This document shows, piece by piece, positions 56,937 through 64,000 of a DNA stretch of 64,000 bases. The DNA comes from an uncultured Oscillospiraceae bacterium (GTDB lineage Bacteria > Bacillota > Clostridia > Oscillospirales > Acutalibacteraceae), in NCBI GenBank assembly GCA_900548545.1, contig URKX01000001.1, forward strand, positions 9,985 through 73,984, given 5' to 3'. How positions within the stretch are numbered: the first letter of the stretch is position 1; every line of letters starts with the position of its first letter. The notes below the pieces were generated by a model. That model worked only from the letters and a program-made list of their open reading frames with translations, was not told where the DNA came from and searched no databases. The translations under genes were made by a program, and so were the position numbers.

Positions 56937-57635
56937 TCATACCTTTGTCTTAAAATCCTCCAGCCGTTTTTCGTAAGCGGCTTGGACTTCCTTCTCAAAG
57001 GCCAGGGTGGGGTTCTCCACCCCCAGCCGGGAGAGCAGGTACTTGGTGAACGGAGGGTTGTTGATCAGCAGCGGCCCCAAGAGATAGGTGCCGAAGAAAT
57101 TGCGGAAGCGCACCCCTTCAAAGGGGCACTTTTTGTTGAGGCCCATGCCCTTTTCCACCCCAAACAGCTTCAGTTCCCCAGAGCTGGTCTTGGCGGTGGT
57201 GAACTGGGACTTGAACCCTGTCACAGGGCCTGCTTCAAAGCTGCCCAAAAACACGCTGTTGTGGCGGTGCATCATGTCCCGCTGGGCGGTGAGGGGGAAC
57301 AGCCCCAGGCAGGGGATGCGGCTGCCGTCCTCTTTGAGGATGGCCTCCCCGAAAAGCTCCAAAGCGTTGCCTGTGCACAGGAACACCACGTCCTGCTTCA
57401 CCAGTTCCACGATCCGTTCCGTCCAGGAGGCCAGCTGCTCCAGGACTTGCTCCTGGGCCTGCTCGGTCATGGGCCCCAAGTAAACCATGTCCACCTTTTC
57501 CCGGGCAAATTGGGGCGTTTCTCCCAGGGGCGTTTCCGCAAATTCCGCCTGGGGCAGGCATTTGCGCAGGTAATCCATATTGGCCAGGTCGCCGTACAGG
57601 TTGCACCGCTCGGGGTATAAGATCTCAATTTTCAT
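56937..57635 (-). CDS. gatD: lipid II isoglutaminyl synthase glutaminase subunit GatD (CobB/CobQ-like GATase)
   Basis: MKIEILYPERCNLYGDLANMDYL... GATase-3 Cys/His; overlaps the murT 3' end by 11 nt (murT-gatD operon). Confidence 0.85.
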   Translation of the reverse strand: MKIEILYPERCNLYGDLANMDYLRKCLPQAEFAETPLGETPQFAREKVDMVYLGPMTEQAQEQVLEQLASWTERIVELVKQDVVFLCTGNALELFGEAILKEDGSRIPCLGLFPLTAQRDMMHRHNSVFLGSFEAGPVTGFKSQFTTAKTSSGELKLFGVEKGMGLNKKCPFEGVRFRNFFGTYLLGPLLINNPPFTKYLLSRLGVENPTLAFEKEVQAAYEKRLEDFKTKV

Positions 57636-59043
57636 GGCTGGGCTCCTCCTTTCCCTCGGTTGTTTCCACAGGGGGAAGGGCCGCCATACGTTCTGCCAGC
57701 TGGTCTTTCACCTGGTGGGCCAGGGCCACCGCGTACAGGTCGTAGAGCACAAACACTGTGTCCGGCGAGGCCACGTCCATTTGGGCGGCAGCCTGCCCGG
57801 GGTCTTCCTGGTGTAAGAGCTTCTCCGGGGGCAGGCCCGCCATCAGCAGCCGCACGGCGGTGTCCCAGTGACGTGGGCCGGCGGCGGCCACCTGGAGGAT
57901 GTCCGGGTCGTTTAAAAACTCAAAGTCCGTGTCGTAAAGCCAGGCGTTGTTTTCCACGGAATGGGCGTTGTCGTGGGCGTCGTCCAGCAGCAGGAGCACC
58001 GTCTTTTTCCCGGGGGCCTTTTTCACGTTGGCACAGGCCTGGGAACAGGCAATGGGGTTTTGCCCCTTGGCAAGATGGAGCACCAGCCGGCGCCCCCCCA
58101 CGTTCTCTTCCCAGTAACGGCTTTCCACAATGGAAATGTTCCCCATGCATTGGGCAATGCGCTCTTTCGAAAGGCCGAACTCCCCCAGCAGGGCCACGGC
58201 GGAAAGGGCGTTGTACACGTTGATGATGCTGGTGTTGGGGATGGGGAAATCCTGGCCGCTGTCCCGGCCGGAAACCGTCATTTGGTGATGGCGGGCGTCC
58301 AGGGCGGTCACCTGGTAGTTGGCTGTGGGGGAGGCAAACCCGCACCGGGGGCAGTGGGCCTGTCCAATGTGGTGATACCGCAGGTAATCCCACTCTAAGG
58401 GCGCGCCGCACTGGGGGCAGGAACGCACGTCCCGCACAATGTTGGGGGGCTCTTGCTCCTCCCCGGGCAGGGGGGCAATGCCAAAGAACACCCGGCGGTT
58501 TTCCGGTTTCAGGCTGGAGCACAGCAGGTCGTCGGCGTTCAACACCAGCTTGGTGCTGTCGGGGATATAGGTGTTCAAAATGTCCAGGATGAACTCCACG
58601 TGGGCGTTGCGCTTGTAAGAGTCCCGGAAGATGTTGGTGCAAAGCAGCAGGTCTGGCTTGATAAAGGGCAAAATCCGGGGGGCGCTGCGCTCGTCCAGCT
58701 CAAACACGGCCAAGTCGTTTTTTGGCTTGCCCAACAGGGTGGAGTTGGCGATGAGGCTGGAGGCCACGCCGGTGGCCACATTGGAGCCGGAACGGTTGCA
58801 GGTGAACTCGTACCCGCACTGGGTGAGGATGTCCTCCACCAGGTTGGACACGGTGGTTTTCCCGTTGGTGCCGGTAATGCCGATGATGGTTTTGGGGCGG
58901 GGCATACGGCCCAGGAAATCCGGGCATAAAATAATGGCCCAGCTCCCGGGCATGGAGGTGCCCTTGCGGCCAATCAGCTTCATCACCCGGGCGGTTGCCT
59001 TTGCAAACAACAGCGCGAAGTAGAAGCGGGGGCTTCGTTTCAT
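57625..59043 (-). CDS. murT: lipid II isoglutaminyl synthase MurT (Mur ligase family with C-terminal DUF1727)
   Basis: GITGTNGKTTVSNL Mur-ligase P-loop, CPQCGAPL...CPRCGF zinc ribbon; GGAAGGAAGAGGAGA RBS before ATG 59043. Confidence 0.85.
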   Translation of the reverse strand: MKRSPRFYFALLFAKATARVMKLIGRKGTSMPGSWAIILCPDFLGRMPRPKTIIGITGTNGKTTVSNLVEDILTQCGYEFTCNRSGSNVATGVASSLIANSTLLGKPKNDLAVFELDERSAPRILPFIKPDLLLCTNIFRDSYKRNAHVEFILDILNTYIPDSTKLVLNADDLLCSSLKPENRRVFFGIAPLPGEEQEPPNIVRDVRSCPQCGAPLEWDYLRYHHIGQAHCPRCGFASPTANYQVTALDARHHQMTVSGRDSGQDFPIPNTSIINVYNALSAVALLGEFGLSKERIAQCMGNISIVESRYWEENVGGRRLVLHLAKGQNPIACSQACANVKKAPGKKTVLLLLDDAHDNAHSVENNAWLYDTDFEFLNDPDILQVAAAGPRHWDTAVRLLMAGLPPEKLLHQEDPGQAAAQMDVASPDTVFVLYDLYAVALAHQVKDQLAERMAALPPVETTEGKEEPSHEN

Positions 59044-59255
59044 AGATCTCCTCTTCCTTCCTGGGGCAGGGTCCCGGCAGATAGCCTGCACCCATTTGTC
59101 ATTTAGAAAATTGTAAATAGTATGTAATAATCTATGCATACTCTAACATAACCTCCCCTTTTTTTCAACCCTTCCCTTGACCTTTCTGCGGGATTGGGAT
59201 ATGATGGACACAGACGATGTGGCATCGTTTTATCAATGATTAGGAGGAGTACCCC

Positions 59256-60077
59256 ATGAAAACTTTGCCTGTTGCCGTGCAAGTTTATTCTGTCCGTGAA
59301 GACGCGGAAAAAGACTTCGCCGGCACTATGAAAAAAATTAAAGAGATCGGCTACGATGGCGTGGAGCTGGCCGGGCTGTATGGCCTGACCCCCCAAGAGG
59401 TGAAAGCCGCCATTGAGGACGCGGGCCTGGTGGCCCTGTCTGCCCATGTCCCCTTCCAGGATCTGGTGGCGGATATGGAGGGCACCATCCAGCAGTATGT
59501 GGAGATCGGCGTGAAATACATTGCCATCCCCTACCTGATGGAAGAGGACCGTCCCGGCACCCCCAAGTTTGAGGGCAACGTGAAGCTGTTTGAAGAGATC
59601 GGCAAGGCCTGCAAAGCCCACGGCATCCAGACCCTGTATCACAACCACGACTTCGAGTTTGCGAAAATGCCCGACGGCCGCTACGCCCTGGATTACATTT
59701 ACGACACCATCCCCGCGGACCTGCTGCAAACCGAGCTGGACACCTGCTGGGTGAAAGTGGCCGGGGAAGACCCCGCCGCCTATGTGCGCAAGTACACCGG
59801 ACGTTCCCCCCTGGTCCACCTGAAGGACTTCCACAAGGAGGGCAAGCCCGCCAATATGTACAAGCTTATCGGCACCGACGTGAAGGAAGAGGAGAGCCAC
59901 GGCGTGTTCGAGTTCCGTCCCGTGGGCCACGGCGACCAGGACTTCGGCCCCATTCTGGAGGCTTCCATTGACGCCGGTTCCCAGTGGGTGGTGGTGGAGC
60001 AGGACGAGTCCAACGGCCGTCCCCGCATGGAGGCCATCACCCTCAGCCGTGAGTATCTGAAGTCCCAGGGCTGGTAA
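59256..60077 (+). CDS. sugar phosphate isomerase/epimerase (xylose-isomerase-like TIM barrel)
   Basis: AP-endonuclease-2/xylose-isomerase-like barrel pattern (GYDGVEL, H...D...E metal ligands). Confidence 0.75.
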   Translation: MKTLPVAVQVYSVREDAEKDFAGTMKKIKEIGYDGVELAGLYGLTPQEVKAAIEDAGLVALSAHVPFQDLVADMEGTIQQYVEIGVKYIAIPYLMEEDRPGTPKFEGNVKLFEEIGKACKAHGIQTLYHNHDFEFAKMPDGRYALDYIYDTIPADLLQTELDTCWVKVAGEDPAAYVRKYTGRSPLVHLKDFHKEGKPANMYKLIGTDVKEEESHGVFEFRPVGHGDQDFGPILEASIDAGSQWVVVEQDESNGRPRMEAITLSREYLKSQGW

Positions 60078-60693
60078 GCAGCGTGACGCTGCACCCGGGT
60101 CGCGATTTCGTGCGCTGCGCTTACTTCCATTGCTTGGAACAGTCAGGTTGCTGTCCGCGGTTTGACCCATTCTGGGTACCGCAAATACCCTCCGCTCTAA
60201 AACACAACATGGTGGCTTAGAGCAGAGAATCCCGTTCCTGCGCAGCAGGATGCTGGCCTCTCGGGCCTGCAAGGGATTCTCCCAGAGCCCTGCGTAGCAG
60301 GGTTCGGTCCGCGGTTTGGAGCTGGACAGGGTGAGGCTGTGCCCGCACGGGGCAAGCTGCCCGCTGGGTAATATCGTAGGTCAAAAGGCGTGCCCATAGC
60401 AGGTGCGCCTTTTTCCACGTAGAAAAAGGAAGAGGGGCGGGAGTTCTCCCGCCCCCATGCTTCTCTGCCAGCAAGCCCGGCTTTATCCTTTTTCATGCCC
60501 ATTAGACGAAAGGGGTCCGGGTTTGGTTACAGGGATCTGGTGTTTTTATTTTTAAATCAACGCGACATTTTCCAGCATGTTCCCATAACTTCCCGAAAGC
60601 CGGTGATGCCCGATTCCAAGGGCGTTCCCGGCTTTTTTGCCTTTTGGGGAAGTTCCCGTATCTTGATGAATCCCGGCGCATCTTGATGGCCGT

Positions 60694-60730
60694 GAGTAGT
60701 AAAACGAGTAGTAAAACGCGTTTTTACTAC
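60694..60730. repeat. integrase/excisionase arm-type site candidates: two direct GAGTAGTAAAACG repeats plus an inverted copy CGTTTTTACTAC overlapping the int 3' end
   Basis: direct repeats at 60694-60706 and 60707-60718, inverted copy at 60719-60730; additional ATCTTGATG direct repeats at 60660-68 and 60680-88. Confidence 0.5.
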
Positions 60731-61920
60731 ACCGCGACGCGTCGCATCTCCTCCGCAGCCGTGCAGCCGTCCATATGGGCGTAGTACCCGAGCGTCATCT
60801 TGATGTCCTTGTGGCCCATGATGTATTGCAGCGCCTTCGGGTTCATGCCCGCTTTCGCCATCTCCGTGCAGAACGTGTGGCGCAGCGTGTGCGGTGTCAT
60901 GTCCTCGGGAAGCGGCGCTCCCCCGCCCTTCGCGTACTTGCGCCTCAGCCCCCTGAACACCCGGTCGTAATCGCCGCCGACCCTCGGCAGCCCGTCCCTG
61001 TTGAGGAAGATGAAGCCCGTTCGCCCATCGACGCTCATGGGCTTCGCCTTCGGCCTCGATGCCACGACATGCTCGAACGCGGCCATCACCTCGTCGGTCA
61101 TGTAGATGTAGCGCTTGCCGCTCTCCGTCTTAGGCTCATCGACCCGGTATCCCCCGCCGACTGCGCGGGCGAGCTGGTGGTCCACGAAAATCACCCTGTT
61201 CGTCAGGTCGATGTCCGCCTCGGTCAGCCCGCACATCTCCGATATGCGCAGCCCCGTCCCGAGGAGGATGACCACCTCGTCGATGTACCTGTGGTAGACG
61301 GCATCCGACCGCATGAAACCGAGCAGCGCGTCCACCTGTTCCCGACTCAGCGGCTCCCTCTCCGTCACGTCCCTCTTGATGACGGTCGCGAGCTTGAAAT
61401 CGAACGGGTTCTTGCGTATGCAGTCATCGGCTATCGCCAAGTAGAACGCCGCCTTGAGCGAACGCTTGTGGTTGGAGATGGTGGAGTAGGCGAAGCCCTT
61501 GGACTTCATGCGCTGCGCCCATTCCTTCGCGTCGGACAGCTTCACGCCGCCTATCTCCCGCGAGCCTATCGCATCCTCGAAGAGGAGTCGCTTGAGCTGC
61601 GCCCTCGACCTCTCCGTCCCCTCGCGCACGTCGAGGCGGCATCTCGTGAACTTCGCGTAGAGCTGGCTGACCGTCATCTTCTTGCCGATGGGGTCTATCC
61701 CGTCCTCAAGGTCACGGCGTATCTCGTGCTCCTTCTCGCGCAGCGGCTTGCACGGCCTCTTACCGGCAGGGAGCCTGTCGGTCTCCACCAGCCGCCATGA
61801 GTAGACGAACTTCGGTTTTTTGTCCCTGTCGATGTATTTGAAGACGTAGAGTCCGTTGGTCCTCTGGCTCTCGCCGGTGTTCAGTACCCTATTCCTGTTG
61901 TCCCGTCTTTTCTGTGACAT
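60727..61920 (-). CDS. int: tyrosine-type site-specific recombinase/integrase (Tn916 Int-like)
   Basis: C-terminal catalytic RHTFCT...HxxxxMTLGYY (R-H-R-Y) motifs, N-terminal arm-binding domain; GGAAGGAGCG RBS. Confidence 0.9.
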   Translation of the reverse strand: MSQKRRDNRNRVLNTGESQRTNGLYVFKYIDRDKKPKFVYSWRLVETDRLPAGKRPCKPLREKEHEIRRDLEDGIDPIGKKMTVSQLYAKFTRCRLDVREGTERSRAQLKRLLFEDAIGSREIGGVKLSDAKEWAQRMKSKGFAYSTISNHKRSLKAAFYLAIADDCIRKNPFDFKLATVIKRDVTEREPLSREQVDALLGFMRSDAVYHRYIDEVVILLGTGLRISEMCGLTEADIDLTNRVIFVDHQLARAVGGGYRVDEPKTESGKRYIYMTDEVMAAFEHVVASRPKAKPMSVDGRTGFIFLNRDGLPRVGGDYDRVFRGLRRKYAKGGGAPLPEDMTPHTLRHTFCTEMAKAGMNPKALQYIMGHKDIKMTLGYYAHMDGCTAAEEMRRVAV

Positions 61921-62000
61921 CCATATATCGCTCCTTCCATATGGAAAGAGCCTTGGTATGCTACTTCCATTATAGCATATCCAAGGCTCTTTTTCATCCT

Positions 62001-62204
62001 CTAAATCACGTCCGTCGAGTCGATGAACCGCTCGAACGCCTTGCGTTTGACCTGAACGCGATTGCCGTTCATCACCACCCAGTCAGGCGTCGGCAACTCC
62101 GAGGCAAGGCGGCGCAGCTTGCCCTCGCCTATGCGGAAGTACCGGGCCGCTTCCTCGATGGTGAGCGTGTACTTCTCCCATACGGGTATGTCCTTCGCGC
62201 CCAT
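62001..62204 (-). CDS. xis: excisionase family DNA-binding protein (Xis, Tn916-like)
   Basis: 67 aa, [25 protein letters not shown]; immediately upstream of int; GAGGAGGTGG RBS. Confidence 0.8.
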   Translation of the reverse strand: MGAKDIPVWEKYTLTIEEAARYFRIGEGKLRRLASELPTPDWVVMNGNRVQVKRKAFERFIDSTDVI

Positions 62205-62219
62205 GCGCCCACCTCCTCA

Positions 62220-62429
62220 TCACGGCTCGAACCGCAGCATCGCGGCGAGCAGCTTTCCTTGGAGCTGCGTCTTTCTCAGGGTATCGACCCCGTACTCGAC
62301 GCGCCCGGACTCATCGAGGAAGGCGTGCGTGCAGAGCTGGTCCATGTAACCGTCGAAGTAGGCGAGGACCTTCTGCATGGCAACGGGGTCGCCTGAGACC
62401 GCCGCGACCATCACCTCATAGCTCATCAT
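62220..62429 (-). CDS. small hypothetical protein (Tn916 Orf8 position)
   Basis: 69 aa; GAGGAGGTGA RBS; overlaps the upstream sigma-like gene stop. Confidence 0.55.
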   Translation of the reverse strand: MMSYEVMVAAVSGDPVAMQKVLAYFDGYMDQLCTHAFLDESGRVEYGVDTLRKTQLQGKLLAAMLRFEP

Positions 62430-62850
62430 CGCCAATCACCTCCTCTAAACGCGTCCTCAGCGCGAGGAGCGCCTTCGAGCGCCTGAATTGGACCGTGGAG
62501 CGAGGGCACCCAAGCTCCTCGGCGATGCGCCTGTCCGTCCACTCCGCGAAGTAGTAGAGCAGGACGATGGCTTGGTCGCCTTTGGAGAGGCCATGGATGG
62601 CATCGGCGAGAACGGTGTCCATCACCACGACCTCCCGACCAACCACCTCGAACACGACCTCCTCCGATATGAGGGCATCGGGTGAGGCCAGCCTGTTCAG
62701 CTCGCTCTCGTGCATGTCGGAGAACACGGTCTCCCATCGCGCCTCCCGCGCCTGCTTGCGAATGATGTCCGTCCTCGCGTTGCGAAGCGTCTTCCTGCAA
62801 TAGGCGCAGAACATCTTGACTACCGCCAGTTTCTCTTCTTCTGAAATCAT
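62416..62850 (-). CDS. sigma-70 region-4-containing protein (Tn916 Orf7-like putative sigma factor/regulator)
   Basis: LSKGDQAIVLLYYFAEWTDRRIAEELGCPRSTVQFRRSKAL = sigma70_r4 HTH; AAAGGAGGAA RBS. Confidence 0.7.
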   Translation of the reverse strand: MISEEEKLAVVKMFCAYCRKTLRNARTDIIRKQAREARWETVFSDMHESELNRLASPDALISEEVVFEVVGREVVVMDTVLADAIHGLSKGDQAIVLLYYFAEWTDRRIAEELGCPRSTVQFRRSKALLALRTRLEEVIGDDEL

Positions 62851-63541
62851 CGTGATTCCTCCTTTCCACAAGGAACACGATACGCCGCCGGTCGTTTGCC
62901 GGGGAAAAAGGTTCTAAGAAGGAGAGATGTGTAGAAGACGTGGAGATGCTTTACTTTCAAGCACCGTACTGGACTGAAAAAAATGAGCGATGATTACCGT
63001 AGATTACCTCTGATGGCGTTAGATGACATCAGATGCACACCATCTGCCCTCTTCCACCTTCCACATTGGCAACCCTCCGCCCCGTCTGCGTGTATGGGAT
63101 GTGGGGCACCGACGTGGTGCTCGGATATAATGCGGCGAAAGGGGTGTCGGGACATCCGTCCCCCGATGCGTCCACGAGTAGAAAGGAAGAAGACCATGGC
63201 GCAAGATTTTGGAGACGACGTAGGCGAGATGCTGCTTCGCAGCATCTCAAGATACGGCGAAAAAGCAATCGGCTTAAATAATTAAATGGGTGTGTGAAGG
63301 ATACGTGGAGAGCGATATGTCATATTGCAAGCATTGTAGGATGCTATCTTACTACAAATGTGGTGGAAATATGGAACCGCCGCGTCATGTGCATCCCATC
63401 GCCGAATGGTGTATCCTCGGTATCGAGGTTTATTGCGGAACCGGACAACTTAGCTTTCTCAGCCCTCGTGGCGGGAAATATATAGAAATACCCCGTGGTG
63501 TCCGCAATCGCCACGGGGTATTGTCGTTTGGAGGCACTTAC

Positions 63542-63859
63542 ATGGAGGTCAGTTTCGATGCTGACGTGGCGGCGGAGCACGGCGTCCGCGCCGCAGTCGT
63601 GCTCAATCATATCGCGCACCTGATGCGGTTCCCAGATGGGTCGCAGGCCGGTCATTTCAAGACGTGCGGTCGCGCTTACGTGCATGTGTCGCCCGAGTAC
63701 CTTTGGAAATTGTTCCCCTTCATGAGCCTCCGTCAGGCGACAGAGGCCTTGAGGGAGCTTCGCGAAGGCGGTCTCATCGCCGAGCGCGAATATGGCGGTC
63801 TCGACCCCGATTACCGCAACTGGTACACGTTGACAGAGACGGGAAACGCCGTCGCATGA
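63542..63859 (+). CDS. hypothetical winged-helix DNA-binding protein (ICE cargo/regulatory)
   Basis: GGAGGCAC RBS before internal ATG; LRQATEALRELREGGLIAE wHTH-like; the longer ORF-track N-terminus lacks an RBS. Confidence 0.5.
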   Translation: MEVSFDADVAAEHGVRAAVVLNHIAHLMRFPDGSQAGHFKTCGRAYVHVSPEYLWKLFPFMSLRQATEALRELREGGLIAEREYGGLDPDYRNWYTLTETGNAVA

Positions 63860-63898
63860 CGGCTCCCATCAAGGCACCCGCAAGGAAGGAAAACATCT

Positions 63899-64000
63899 AT
63901 GGCGGTTCTTCGTAAAGCACACAAGAGCAATTTCACGGTCATCGACAACCAAGTGTTCAAGAGCAACCTGTCGCTCAAAGCGCGGGGACTCCTGAGCACC
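63899..64000 (+). CDS. ICE helix-turn-helix/replication-initiator-like protein, N-terminal fragment (continues past the window)
   Basis: MAVLRKAHKSNFTVIDNQVFKSNLSLKARGLLS matches the common N-terminus of ICE/phage replication-organizer HTH proteins; AAGGAAGGAAAA RBS. Confidence 0.55.
   Translation, partial: MAVLRKAHKSNFTVIDNQVFKSNLSLKARGLLST

Larger units (their letters stand above)
60550..64000. mobile_element. right-end module of a Tn916-family conjugative transposon/ICE (orf7-sigma-like, orf8-like, xis, int, terminal AT-rich junction); continues beyond the window
   Basis: gene order and orientation sigma-like -> small protein -> Xis -> tyrosine integrase -> end mirrors the orf7-orf8-xis-int end of Tn916; AT-rich TTTTATTTTTAAAT about 180 bp beyond the int stop; GC content of 60.7-64 kb is lower than the flank. 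Confidence 0.75.

Noticed and set aside
60100-60480. Looked for a tRNA or tmRNA gene as the ICE integration target
   Set aside because: No acceptable T-arm (GGTTCGAnTCC) plus CCA, no tmRNA tag-peptide reading frame ending ...ALAA, and Tn916-family elements do not require tRNA targets. The region was left as unclassified structured non-coding DNA.
60197-60502. 101-aa and 85-aa minus-strand ORFs in the structured non-coding region
   Set aside because: No RBS; Gly/Pro/Ala/Arg-rich translation typical of non-coding high-GC DNA.
62983-63285. 100-aa plus-strand ORF and a possible 29-aa peptide (MAQDFGDDVGEMLLRSISRYGEKAIGLNN, 63196..63285) in the ICE
   Set aside because: The long version lacks an RBS and is Cys/Arg-rich noise. 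The 29-aa peptide does have an AAAGGAAGAAGA RBS and a TATAAT -10 upstream, so it might be a real small ICE regulatory peptide, but the evidence is too thin to call.

Overview
This is a high-GC (~60-63%) Firmicutes/Clostridia chromosomal segment, probably from an Oscillospiraceae/Ruminococcaceae-like organism. Gene content is mostly housekeeping: rpsO-pnp, mnmA, proBA, phosphoglucomutase, a MATE transporter, an AraR-type regulator with a GH27 alpha-galactosidase, a 2-hydroxyacyl-CoA-dehydratase-like activase/D-component pair, degV, ROK glucokinase, dagK, an OmpR/HK two-component system with HtrA and YbaK, rlmB, ogg, hemW, lepA, glyQS, a heterodimeric ABC exporter pair, hemolysin-III, an AGCS symporter, darA-holB-ricT(yaaT)-ferredoxin-yabB-like MTase-rsmI, pyk, gatD-murT and a sugar-phosphate isomerase. 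The right end (about 60.55 kb to the window end) is the int-xis-orf8-orf7(sigma)-like end of a Tn916-family conjugative transposon (ICE). Non-standard features of note: (i) a roughly 470-bp intergenic region (35.42-35.89 kb) carrying about 8 strong and about 5 weaker DnaA-box-like 9-mers (TTTTCCACA / TGTGGAAAA) in both orientations, with an adjacent AT-rich stretch, which looks like an oriC-like or DnaA-box-cluster element; (ii) a 1110-aa protein that is a clear P1B-type (heavy-metal) P-type ATPase homolog whose catalytic motifs are all degenerate (DKTGT->DAEDL, CPC->CCA, TGDN->TTDPN, GDGxND->AIQNAA) and which carries an approximately 560-aa Pro/Gln/Glu-rich disordered N-terminal extension; (iii) an adjacent EF-G paralog that lacks the catalytic histidine (DTPGH->DAPGL) and the NKxD guanine-specificity motif; (iv) a perfect terminator hairpin with U-run inside the 5' leader of the ABC exporter operon (attenuation candidate); (v) three tandem low-complexity small proteins with shared motifs, a degenerate Amidase_3-like small protein, and a Ser/Glu-rich secreted single-pass membrane protein with a Tyr/acidic cytoplasmic tail. 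Many long GC-rich shadow ORFs antisense to real genes were ignored. All calls rest on reading the translations for family-specific motifs and on start-codon/RBS context; no database search was possible.
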